This document shows positions 12,810 to 24,793 of a DNA stretch of 64,000 bases, piece by piece. The notes beneath the pieces are model-generated. The model was not told the origin of the DNA, did not search any database, and saw nothing but the letters and a program-made list of their open reading frames with translations. Source of the stretch: Octopus bimaculoides. Taxonomy: Eukaryota. The stretch covers positions 17,103,941 through 17,167,940 of the forward strand of contig NC_068995.1 in assembly GCF_001194135.2 (NCBI RefSeq). The letters run 5' to 3'. Position numbers and translations under genes: made by a program. How positions within the stretch are numbered: position 1 is the first letter of the stretch; each line of letters starts with the position of its first letter.

Positions 12810-12935
12810 TAACTGCCCATATCCTACGTAAAATACACCGACCCCCTGTGAAATATGAGCTCAGAACGTAGAAACGAACGAAATGCCGGTTGGCAATTTG
12901 TCCGGCATGCTATCGATTCTGCCAGCTCACCGCCT
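12810..12935 (-). mobile_element. SINE family 1 5' fragment abutting the truncated end of the R4-like element
   Basis: gagctcagaacgtagaaacgaacgaaatgccgg..cgattctgccagctcaccgccttaataataataat is the reverse complement of the family head. Confidence 0.75.
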
Positions 12936-13247
12936 TAATAATAATAATACGGAGAAGAATAAGGACGAGGCCGATGAAGAGGAGGGGAAAGAATGTAAGG
13001 AGAGGGTGGACAACTACAAGAATTCAATTTTGCAGTAGATATTTGCCGATTTGACCGACTCTGTGCTTCACTTGTACATAATCTAAATCTCCCTCCGGGG
13101 TAAGATGCAAATTTGACTTCGGCGCACCTCAGCGCAGAAGCCTAATTTTCAAAGCAATACCTATCAGAAATAGCTCAAAGCATATTGGTCATCACTTCAA
13201 CACTGTATTTAATATGATAATAATGACAATGTACAGTATAAGATAAC

Positions 13248-13442
13248 CTTGCATTTGAAATTGTGATATTCACTGTTGTTCTCACTGACGTTGCAGCTTC
13301 ACGTACTGTGTGCCTCTGAAATCCCATTACGATTTTAGAAATGCTGTCGTAATATACGGTGTGAGTTCGGCATCTTAAAACCTGATGTTTTCCAATATGG
13401 AGATGTTGGTGCCTCTCTACATCAATATATAGCAGCTGTCTT
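13248..13442 (-). CDS. Candidate internal exon (x-RQLLYIDVERHQHLHIGKHQVLRCRTHTVYYDSISKIVMGFQRHTVREAATSVRTTVNITISNA-x)
   Basis: Pyrimidine tract followed by tttag acceptor; AG|gttatc donor (weak); 195 nt, 64 open codons, phase 2 to 2; non-repetitive and GC-richer than its flanks. Confidence 0.45.
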
Positions 13443-13589
13443 CTAAAGAGTGAGAGAGAAAGAGTGGAAGAGAGAAAGAGTGGGAGAAAGAGTGTGAGAG
13501 ATATAGAGTGTGAGAGAAAGAGATAGAGATGAAGAGAGGGATAGAGATGAAGAGAGAGAAAGAGAGGGAGGGAGAGAGAGAGAGAGAAT

Positions 13590-14020
13590 CGGTATTAGTA
13601 CAATACTTTATGTATTGATCCCGAAAGGATGAAATGGAAAATTGACTCCTTTGTGATTTAAAATCAGATCTGAATGAATTCTGCAAGGAATTCAATACGA
13701 GGCGAGGTTGCTGAAAAGTTCCTGGCTTTTAATTATGATATTAATTATGATATTAAGCCCTGTAAAAGAACTCGAAAGGTTAGGTTCCCAACCAAGCCTT
13801 TCGTGACACCCTTAAAACCAAGAAATTTTCCAGCGATCCCTCATAAAAAAAGGGAGAGAGAGATGGGGGAAGTTGACGTTGGTTCAAGACTAACATTTTA
13901 TCCTTTTGGGGTGAAATGGAAATTGACTTCTCTGTGATTTGAATTCCGATCATAGAAAGCCGGAATGAAGTCTGCAAGGCATTCTATACGATGCTTTAAA
14001 GATTCTGCCATTTCACCGGC
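13590..14020. mobile_element. Two diverged SINE family 1 fragments (-) with a mariner-type terminus between them
   Basis: gaaaggatgaaatggaaaattgact..ctgcaagg occurs twice. tacgaggcgaggttgctgaaaagttcctggcttt at about 13697 is a mariner-like TIR. Confidence 0.55.
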
Positions 14021-14570
14021 TAAGTTACAGCGTAGAGAAACTAGTTTAGCTTCAAACAGGATTCGAAACTGAATTGCAGACTCTTTTGTATATCATTACA
14101 CTTAACTAGAACTAAACAGCAACCAATTCGTTCAGTCAGTTAAAGATCCAGAATGGCTTTCACAATCTAATAATATTTGAGGACAAAAAAGATTTTAAAA
14201 AATGTATATTACAATATTATCGATACTAAATCTAAAAATGCTTCCATATGAATGTCAATAGAAAATATCTTTATTGTGTTGCATTAAATTCATTTTAAAA
14301 CTGCCGTTTGTGAGAATTGGGTTTTTATATTATTTGTTTAATATTTTATATTTTCAATGCAATTGTTGAAGGAATATCCTTTTAATTTTCTATTGGCTAT
14401 TAGATATTTTGCTTACAAGAGGATATTTCTGAACTAATATCCGTTCACTCATTCATTTGTGTCTATTCATTCATGAATAACATGTTAGGATTAGGTCTTC
14501 ATGTGTTTTATAATTTTTTTGCTATGTTAATGTTTTTGCAGTAATTTATTTTTAATGTATTTGTTGTTAG

Positions 14571-14571
<1 letters not shown>

Positions 14572-14640
<69 letters not shown>

Positions 14641-14644
14641 TTTA

Positions 14645-14698
<54 letters not shown>
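14572..14698. repeat. (ATT)n microsatellite, interrupted once
   Basis: Directly visible; accounts for the poly-Ile ORF 14508..14726. Confidence 0.97.
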
Positions 14699-14913
14699 GC
14701 ACTTTTTCATTTAGAAAGTGGAGCAATATAGAATAGTCCTGCTTTGCAATATGTTATGCTGTCATATCTATCTCGCAGTCCATAAAAATTGTTTTTTCAT
14801 TGAGCAATTGCTGTTGTGCACGCATATCCTTGTGGTTAATAAGTTCGCTTTGTAACAATTGGATTACAGTTTCGATCACGCTGTGCACAGTATATCATGA
14901 ATGTGTTTCTTAC

Positions 14914-14990
14914 CGTTCTTTGGGTTGACGATACCATTTGAGGAGATATTTCTTATGACTTCAATATATTCATCGTATTCCCCAGGATTT
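14914..14990 (-). CDS. Candidate internal exon (x-NPGEYDEYIEVIRNISSNGIVNPKN-x)
   Basis: atctgttcag acceptor, ACG|gtaaga donor, 77 nt, phase 2 to 1; only this frame is open. Confidence 0.5.
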
Positions 14991-15004
14991 CTGAACAGAT
15001 AATA

Positions 15005-15200
15005 GTTTCAAAGTTTGACAGCAGTTTTTGAGGGGAAGGGAATATCGATTACACTAACCCACCACCCGTGCTCAACATATACTTATTTTATAGACCTTGA
15101 CTGAATGAAAGGCAACATTGACCTCGGCAGCATTTGAGCTCAGAATGTAACGACGGACAAAATGCTACTAATCCTTTTGTCTGGCATGCTAATAGTTCCA
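15005..15200 (-). mobile_element. SINE family 1 (diverged)
   Basis: tacttatttttatagaccttgactgaatgaaaggcaacattgacctcggcagcatttgagctcagaatgtaacgacg. Confidence 0.7.
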
Positions 15201-16849
15201 CCATTTGTGAGAACTGAGTTTCTATATTGCGTTTTATATTTTTTATGAATATATATTAGAAGATGGCATATTTTCCAGAACGGCTAATTCGGAAAAGTGA
15301 TGTGCGTTGAACAAGGTTCTAGCACTTTGGCAGAGCAAAAAGCTGGCGCTGGTACATGATTTATTTCAGAGAACGAAGTGTCCTCAGCCCTGGGTGGTCA
15401 TACCAGCCATCAAATGCATTTCAGCAAAGTGCATCCCATAGTTTTGGATTTCCATTCCTACAGTATCCCATATGCCTTAACTCTCTTTTTAAATGGTAGG
15501 GTGTGATTCGAAGAAAATATCTTCGTTGCTTCTAGCAAGTTGAATGACCGTGTAGAACATTGACATATCTAAAGATTCATTTTAATTAGGAAGAAATTTA
15601 GCTTTGCTATAAAGTAGGCTATATTTAAGAGCGGCAGAACGGAAAGTGATACCTTTTCTGCGTTTCATAATAAGATTCATTAATACCAAGAAAGTGAAAT
15701 GAATGAATGTGTACATTTACATTTGGTGACGTGTCAACCGGGCATTGGAGAGTACAGGGCCTAATTCATCACAATGTAAATTTTGCTTTCTTAAATATTA
15801 TGCTACTTCAAATATATATAATCTTGAAAACGCGATACTTTGTTCATAATTTTAATTGAATGTATATTGGCGTCGTAAATGAACTGACTTGGTGATGTAA
15901 ACATTTATAGAAACTTAGTATTAAAGAATGTTTATCAAATTTCTACGTCTATACTCTACGGTATTCAGCGGAATAAATTCAAATAGTAAATCATCTGAAC
16001 TCACTAAATACATTTCTCTTTCAGTAGTTTCTTTGTAATCAAAACTCATATGCTTTTTCATAATATTTTATTGTCTTTTTCTTGCAATCCCACCAAAAAA
16101 TGGTACTGATTTATTTTTTGTGCTCTAAGTCAGAATAGCTGGGATATCGCCAATCATGTCTTAACATTCTGACAGCCTAAGCAAAATGATTGGTCTCTGG
16201 ATTAATGAAGTTCAAATTGAATTTGAGTTATTGGAAGGTATTAATACTAGAGCATATTAGAAAGAAACCTATAAAAAGTAGTCTGTTTCAGAAGGGAGAA
16301 TATATTGAATGAGAAATTTCATTGACCTAAATGTTTAGAAATTTTAGCAGAGCCCACCAAAGATATGGGTTATGTCAAATAAATAAATACCAAATATTTG
16401 TGAGAATGGAATACAGATATTAATTATGATTTATAGGTTATGCAGAAATCCAGAAATTCTTTGTGAAGGGTTTCGTCGATACAATGGGCATCAGTAGTCA
16501 TGGAGCCTGGAAAAAAAGGGAAGGTTAACCGGGATTATTGTCTGAAAATAAATGGTCGCGGCTAAATACCGTACAAAATTTAATTAGGCACTCTACTGTT
16601 TCTGCTCCAATTATTTCATAGAGCAAATATTGAATTATGAAAAAAAAAAGAAAAAATATTTAATAATTATGAAATGTTACATGACGAATATGAAATATAT
16701 TTTCTATCTATTCCTTGATATATAAATAGAACAATAAGGGAAACTTTACTATAACTACTAGAATGAAATAAGTGATATTAGTTTTATAATAACTGACAGC
16801 CAATGCAATTCATATTCATATGCGTCCTTTTCTCATATTATTTTTAGAA

Positions 16850-17065
16850 AGTCGGCGGCGGGCATGCAGAGTCGTTAACGCGAAATGCGCAGTTGCATTT
16901 GGCTGTCGTAACGTTCTGTGTTCAAATTCCGTGAAGCTTGACTTTTCATTTTATCCTTTCAGGGTCGATAAAGTAAGTGCCAGCTGAGCATTGGGGTTGA
17001 CGTTATCGACTTACTCCTTTCCACGGGATTGCTGGACTTGTGCTAAACTTTAAAACCATTATTAT
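16850..17065 (+). mobile_element. SINE family 1
   Basis: ggcggcgggcatgcagagtcgttaacg..gtgttcaaattcc..ttttatcctttcagggtcgataaagtaagtgccag..cttgtgctaaactttaaaaccattattatt. Confidence 0.75.
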
Positions 17066-17632
17066 TTTAGAAAGATGAAGCTAGTTTCTAAAAAATATGG
17101 AAATGTTGTATTAATGGATTTCAAATAACAACTTCGATAATTTGACAGGAATTTAAGAAAGTCTTGCATTTTTACGTTTCCACTGACTGACAGCATCTGT
17201 AAATTTTATTTTAGCTGGTCTTTTTCTTTTCTAGAAAATCTTAGCTTCTCCAGAATGTCGTCAATTAGGCATTTACTAACATCACTGAATGAGTCAATGA
17301 TTATTGGTATGTATCAGGGTGCAAGGGACGCAAGTTTCGGAGTAGCAGTCTGTTTATATACTCATTTTCCTTGTATTTGGAGGAGAAGTTCACATATGTC
17401 AACCTTTATCCGTACTAAATAACTATGGCATTTCTGTTATATGACTTCAGCCATGCTGGAGCACTGCATTGAGAGGTGAAGTTGATCGCGGCAAAATTTG
17501 AAATCAGAACGTAAAATCGGCGAAATACCGTTGAGCATTTTATCCGGTCTGCTGACGATTCTGCCAACTCATCGCATTATATGTATTTATTTATTTATTT
17601 ATGTGTTTCAGCCAAGTGGCTGCGGTCATGCT

Positions 17633-17790
17633 GTGTTCCTTTCAGTTGAAGAGCGTGTTCCTTTCAGTTGAAGAGCGTAGTCCGAAACGTTAAAGACTTT
17701 CTCTATTCCTGAGCGTTAAACTAATACATCCATTTATTGTTTACACCACCTGTCTTCGTCTGCTGTTGTTTTTTTCGTAAATTCTCCCAC
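17633..17790 (+). mobile_element. Penelope-like terminal repeat fragment (family B) with a 22 bp tandem duplication at its 5' junction
   Basis: gtgttcctttcagttgaagagc x2 (17633-17676), then gtagtccgaaacgttaaagactttctctattcctgagcgttaaactaatacatcc..caccacctgtcttcgtc; homologous to 2155-2350. Confidence 0.55.
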
Positions 17791-19482
17791 ACACACACAT
17801 ACACACACATATATATATTTATATATATAATAATGTATCTCTCTCGCTTTCTATTTATATACGTGTGTATATTTTCGTAATTTATTTATTTATTTATTTT
17901 ATTAACTTTATTTAATTACATGATCATTTGCCCTTAAAGATATAACATTATTTTATTATTCATATTGCTCATATTTTTCAAATAAGTTTATTTTATTTTA
18001 TTTCATATTTATTTTTACTTTCTTGAATTAATACCTTCGTAAATACACAATGTATATGAAATAGGTTGAACATCTTTAGGTGTAGATTTGAATTCCTTGA
18101 AGAAAGATGTAACCTTCGATATTATTAAAACAAAAATCCTGAGGAGATTCTACCCATTACAGCTTAAATACTTAACGTAAGATTTAACCTAAATGCTTTC
18201 AATTATGCATTACCGAGGGCCCAGAATCGAAACATATGTACGTCTTTTGAATCTTCCATTACGCTTTAAAAAATCTTTTGTGTTATCTTAAAAACAAACT
18301 ATGATACAAATAAATTAACTATACATCCAAAACTCTCCATTTTCTTACATTGTAAATTTTACCTATTATAGTAAATCATAACGCAGCGTGTAAATTTTCT
18401 TCTAATATAATGGAGATTAAACCAATCAAATTTTGGACTTATTAAACCCTAATGAGGTAAGATATACTTGAATTGACTATATATATATATATAATCAAGA
18501 TAAGCAAGAGTATATGAAGATGTAATGCAGGATGACCGTTTTAATCGGATCCATTTAATTGAACAATGCAACCATTACATCAATTTAAATGCCGGGCTAT
18601 TCTCAAGCGCATAAATAAATAGAATTTTAAAATCAGTTGGACACATTAACATAATTTTACTCAAATTCTCTAACCGAGCAAGAAGAGGTTTATTAGCGTC
18701 TTGCCCCTTTAACTGGTAATTAACATCTTGATTTAGGGTCTTCCCCTGCCAGCCTCTTTTATAGACAGTTACTTATACATTCTCTAAAATCCTAACAATA
18801 TTTATGGTCATACCCAATTATAAACTATCATCTCTGTGTATCCATTTTAAACAGACACTGTCCTCTAACCTTAGATTTGGTAGATCATAAAAAAAGACTA
18901 ATATATTAAAACTGAACCACAATCATTTACAAGCTATGATCATAACAAACTTCATGCAGTTCTTAGAAATGTAGTGTATTCTGAGTCACTTCAGTAGCAA
19001 CATGGACTTTCTCAATCTTCTTGCTCTATTAGAGAATTTCAGCAAAATTATATTAATGTGTGATTGCATTGTTGAATTAAATGGAGTCGCGTGAAACGGT
19101 CGAGCAGCATCACTACTTGATATCCTGTTGCTTATTTTGATTTTATTCACTTTACTTTCAGTTGTACGGAAAATACTGCACTGACTTGGTGCTTCAACCT
19201 AAGTACCTAATTCAACTGATTCTCAATTATTTCTCATGCACACACAGACACAGACAGACACACACACTTAGATATATAGATATATTTGATCGCTTGTAGA
19301 AATACACATGCACATACACACACACATTTCCGAAAGAAGTATTTCAAAAATGGTTTTGAGGTATATGTAATGCTGACGGTTACCGTGTTAACCCTTAAAT
19401 CGGTTCTGAATGCCGGCCAGCCACAGTGAGCGTTGGTGAATCTCAAGTTATTTAAAGTTTACTATACTCACTTAATCCTCAC

Positions 19483-19521
19483 TTCGTAAATACGAATGTC
19501 GGTATAGGGACTTCATAGTTT
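19483..19521 (-). CDS. Candidate small internal exon (x-NYEVPIPTFVFT-x)
   Basis: Strong acceptor ttttattattttctctacag, AA|gtgagg donor, 39 nt, phase 2 to 2; joins in frame to both neighbours. Confidence 0.45.
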
Positions 19522-19674
19522 CTGTAGAGAAAATAATAAAATTAATGAAGATCAGAAGAACGGATATTTGCAGATCCAAGTAATATGCAGCTATTACCAT
19601 TGTTGTAAATAACTGTATGACAAAACTTGGATGTGCAAATCTCCGTCTCCGATCTTCATAAATTTCATTATGTG

Positions 19675-19761
<87 letters not shown>

Positions 19762-20631
19762 TTATAATAATATTAGGGATAAAAATTCAAATTTACAGGT
19801 AAAAACTCAATTAAATGCAATTTATTAAAAATTTAAATTAAATTAAGTTTCACAGTATCTTATGATATTTACTTTGTATTATATTATACTTATTTATCGC
19901 GAATTTACTTCTTAATTTTTCTATATGTGACTGTGGATTTTCATAGATATGTTCATGAACTTTGGTTCTTTTCTCTAAAACTATATATATATATATATAT
20001 ATATATGCATTCATATGCAAACAAGCATATTATAAGTATTTAGATTAACCAACGCGCTTGTACTCAGTATCATGCTTAAAATAACTTTATTTCTTAAAAT
20101 ATAATGGACACATATTCCTGCTTTATATAAAATAAATGCTTCAGGAAAGTCTAACAATTGCTCTGATGGATGCTATTCTAATGAAGGATTTCACTGATTG
20201 TCAATGTCGAATCCCATTTCAACTTCTTTTGTCTCTTTTTTATTTGTTCCTCTCTCTCTGAGTGTCTGTCTCTGTCTCCCGCTCTCTCTTTTACTCCTTC
20301 TGCTCTCTTGTTGGGTGTCTTTCTCTTGGGTCTCTCCACTTTCATACCTTCAACACAACCGTTATAGCACTTTGTGTTCTAATACAGAAGATTCAGCTTC
20401 TGACCTGCTAATGAATCGAGATCTTCAAACGTTTGACATTTAGCCTCATTCTTGTATTTTTATATTTTTCCCCTATATTTCTTTTTTTTTTTAATTATTA
20501 TTATATCTTCAAATTGTCCAAAATAGAGGAGACATTTTTAAGATTCTAATTAAATTTTGTCTCCGTATCATATATTTATTATATTGCTGTCAGTGTTGCT
20601 CTTAACGTAATTGTTGTTGTGTGTGTGTATG

Positions 20632-20666
<35 letters not shown>

Positions 20667-21140
20667 TGAGTGTAGTGTTACTTTTTTTTCTTAATGATGT
20701 TACTTTTCATAATTAGGATTTCTATTTATTAAATGGACTCATGGGGGTTTCGTATTAGTTGGCTTTTCCTTTTTTTGTTTTAATGAATTATTGCTATTTA
20801 ATATTATTGATATATGTATAGTATAAGTTCCACTCTAAATAGTTCAATTAATTAAATATTGTTTTATTGACCCCGGTGGGAAGTATCTTTAAGCGGTTTA
20901 CTTAAGAAGAAGACGAAAAAACTCATTTATCGCTTTAATTAGCAAAATGACACTTAAGTCGTGAATTAATCTCCTGGTGATTAACGAAATTTGAATAATG
21001 CTTTCATGATTAGAGGATGCAATTTTTTTCTCTGACACGATGCAATGATTTATCAGTTTCTTGGCGACTGCTATTGAACGTCAGATTAAAAACTAATTGC
21101 AGAGTTAGCAAGCCGGTTTCACTTCAGGGCCTAGGGTTTT

Positions 21141-21149
<9 letters not shown>

Positions 21150-21179
<30 letters not shown>

Positions 21180-21261
21180 ATGTATATTTACATATACTTA
21201 TATATATATAAATATATATATCAATATACATACACTACACACGCACACACACATGTGTATG

Positions 21262-21302
<41 letters not shown>

Positions 21303-21410
21303 ATGTATATTTACATATACTTATATATATATAAATATATATATCAATATACATACACTACACACGCACACACACATGTGTATGGATGTATATATATATA
21401 TATCTCAAAT
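21150..21410. repeat. Near-exact tandem duplication of a ~122 bp compound microsatellite unit
   Basis: tttgtatgtatatttacatatactt..caatatacatacactacacacgcacacacacatgtgtatggatgta occurs twice in succession. Confidence 0.85.
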
Positions 21411-21869
21411 ACATACGTATATATCTGTCTGTCTATCTATCTGTCTGCCTCTGTATTTATATATAAAACATTTATATAAGAGACCGATTACGTCGTTAAG
21501 CACATAAATATGACCCTCACCCTTATTATCCAAGCATCCAAGAAAAATACTGCCGCCCGCCGCCAACACTTGGCACATGTCATGTTAAAAGTATGCAAAC
21601 TATTCCCTCCGATCTATAATGTCTCAAATGAATAGCTCAATGCATAAATTTTTCAAACAAGTAAATAGCATTAACCACAAAAATTATCAAGCTACAGAGA
21701 ATATAGACACAGATACAATGCAACAATAACATTAAGTATTAAAATTATTAAAAAGTCACAATTATACGCAAGTTATGTTCTATGAGTCACATGTATATAA
21801 ACTACGGAACGGAGAGGAACGCATAATTAAAACCCTGAAACGAGTACAAAATGCCAAACTCCAATTTCA

Positions 21870-22060
21870 GGAAATCTCTAATATTAGTTTCAAACTGTGG
21901 CAAAAACAGCAAGTTCAGGGGAGGGGCTAAGTCAATTCTATCGTCGCCAGTGCTAAACTGGTTCTTATTTTATCTACCTCGAAAGGGGGTGACAGACAAA
22001 GTCTTACTGCGGAGGAACTTGAACTTAAAGCATTATGACAGATGAAATGCCGCTAAGCCA
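21870..22060 (-). mobile_element. SINE family 1 (diverged)
   Basis: aactggttcttattttatctacctcgaaagggggtgacagacaaagtcttactgcggaggaactt gaacttaaagcatt..gaaatgccgctaagc. Confidence 0.65.
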
Positions 22061-22179
22061 GACTAACTCTAATACTATTCTAGACAATCCCAAAATTGAA
22101 ATATCTTCTAATGAACCGCAATTCATAAAGATCTAAGTAAATCTGAGAAGAAGCTACAAAGGATCATTTTGATTCATAC

Positions 22180-22377
22180 ATTTGATTATAAAAGGGAAAG
22201 TTGAGAACTTCATTGTTTCTGGTGTTACACTGGCCATACTCCTGCATATGATTCTTCGAAGACGCCAAGGTTGTCCTAACTTTATATGTTCGAGGCTCTT
22301 GATCACGTGTCTGATTTGTCACGATTGATCTGGAGCTAACAATGGACGGCATACAATAGGCGAAACAGTTGACCATA
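22180..22377 (-). CDS. Best candidate exon (x-MVNCFAYCMPSIVSSRSIVTNQTRDQEPRTYKVRTTLASSKNHMQEYGQCNTRNNEVLNFPFYNQ-x)
   Basis: gtatttacag acceptor, AT|gtatga donor, 198 nt with 65 open codons, phase 2 to 2; unique sequence with raised GC; lies within ORF 22164..22406. Confidence 0.55.
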
Positions 22378-24462
22378 CTGTAAATACGTATTTGTCTACA
22401 CATCATTTAAATCGTATATCCTCTAAAGACACGAAATGGTAAAATTGTTAAGAATCCGTTTCAGAACCACGAAGCCGCGTGGTTAGATCCCACTACGTAG
22501 CAGCTTGAGCAAATATCTTTTACCCCAGCCTTATGTTGACTCCAGCCTTGTAAAACTATTTGAAAATTTTCCGAGTGAAAAATGCAATTTAAAGGCTCAC
22601 ACTTTGCGTCACCTTGTTTCAACTTCAGGGCTGCCTGAAAGCATTTCCGCGTCGATCAGAAAAAGTCATAATGAAAGTTGTATAGTTCGTGGATGTTTAT
22701 CATTACAGTAAGCAAGCAACGTCGTGTTACTCGTTTTGGATTGATGCATAAGAGATGAAAGGAGTACTTTGCCCGAATATTGCATTACCCCCTCCCACTT
22801 ATGCCATATCAATCAAGCGTCTATCGCTAGATGCACAGTCTTAATATTAAATAAAAGCTAGCTGTTAAAATGGCCAAGAGAAAAGTTGATTCTAAAAACA
22901 GCCTTTCAAAGCCGCGTGGAGGCTCGATATATGTTTACCGATATTGGCGGTAAACCTGTGTCTAATTTGTGGAGATAAAATGGCTGTGATCAAGGAATAT
23001 AATCTAAGACGGTACTACGAGACCAATCATGAAGAAAATCGAAAAACTCGAATGCAGAACAGAAGCTACGGAAGGTAGTAGAATTGAAGAGGAATGTACC
23101 ATTACAACGGACATTTTTCACCAAAGCAAAATCACAAAGTGAAGCTGCTGAGAAAGTAAACTTTATTGTGGTAGTGGAGATCACCAAATCAGCCCGACCA
23201 TTTACTGAGGGAAAGTCTCTGAAGAATTGCATGATGAATGTGTGTGACGGCTTGTGTCCAGACAAAAAGCAGATGTTTGCAAATGTAGGCCTTAACAGAA
23301 ACACAATTACTGATCGAGTTTGTGAGATGGCCACTGATGTGAAAACACAGCTGATCTAAAAAGCAAAGACTTAGTTGCATACTCTCTTCCTGTCGATGAA
23401 AGCAATCATATGACTGACACTGCACAGCTCGCCTTCTTCATCCATGGATTGGATTCCAGTTTAAACGTTACAGAAGAAATACTGCACATGAAGTCCTTGC
23501 ATGGGACAACGTATGTCGAAGTGCAACTGACATGAAACTGCCTTGGAGCAAACTTGTTGAACTTACAACAACGGTGTTGTGCGGGGATAAAACTGGTCTA
23601 GTAAGAAGGATGCGGTTAAGGTGCAGGAGAACTGTACTATGAGTTGATAGTATATTATGCCATCATACACCAAAGATCGCTGTGTGGTAAAGTCCTCAAC
23701 ATAGAACATGTAATGAGCGCTTTAACACAAACCATCAACTTTATTAGGGTCAAAGGTTAAAATCACCGCCACTTTCGGTCATTTTTACAGGAAATAGTTT
23801 CAGAGTTCGGCGACATTCCTTATGAAACAGTGGTGTGGTGGCTAAATCGTGGAAAAGTTCTCAGCAGAGTTTTCCTACAGATCGAGGAAATCTATCATTT
23901 CATGGACAACAAAAGAAAAGACTACATAACTACTCATTCAACGTCTTGAACCTGCAGCTCCAGAGACGGGACCACTTGATCACTGATATGCATGATGCAG
24001 TGAAGAAATTTCAAGTGAAGCTACGCTTATGGGAGACACAAATGTACCCATGCAACCTGTCTCACTTTCCTTGTCGCAAAGCAATATTGAAACAAGTCAG
24101 CGCCATGGTGTTCCCAAATGCACAGTTTGCTGAAAAACTGAGCTCACTGCAGGCTTAGTTCGCACGGCGTTTTAGTGACTTTGAAGTACAAAAAATAATT
24201 TCGAGCGATTTTACAACCCATTTGCCATCGACGTGGAAATCGCACCTGTATAGTTGCAGAAGGAGCTCATAGATCTGAAGTGTAATGAGGCACTAAAGGT
24301 AAAGTACGACTCTGTGAAGTCTGCACAGTCCACACGTTTCAGTCCTAAAGCGATTCCCCAGCTTCGCCTACATACGGCTCGAACCTTGAACGAGTTTGGT
24401 AGCACATATCTGTGTGAGCAGCTGTTCTCTTTCATGAAGATTAACAAGACAAGATGAAGATT

Positions 24463-24576
24463 ATTTACATTATTTACATTTGACGGATATTTGTCATCAT
24501 CTTGTTTGTTTTTAACACAACGTTTCGGCTGATATACCCTCCTGGGTTCGCATTCCTAAGGTGTTTTTCGATGTTG

Positions 24577-24639
<63 letters not shown>

Positions 24640-24753
24640 GCATTGAAGTCACTACCTGGAATCGAAGTCGGAATCTTGTGGTTAGTAACCCGCGCTCTTA
24701 GCCCCAAGATTCCGAGTTCGATTTCAGGCTGTAACCTGAATAATAATAATGAT

Positions 24754-24793
<40 letters not shown>

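Noticed and set aside
17235-17306. Plus-strand exon candidates (also about 3145-3241, 19152-19202, 26026-26079, 31933-32004, 35311-35359, 47172-47253, 53685-53779)
   Set aside because: Each has AG/GT ends and an open frame, but I could not chain them into a coherent phase-compatible protein. Such short frames are expected by chance. An antisense gene cannot be excluded without RNA data.
24645-24735. tRNA gene
   Set aside because: Only a 3' half with box B is present, the 5' end is truncated and there is no acceptor stem; it is a SINE head.
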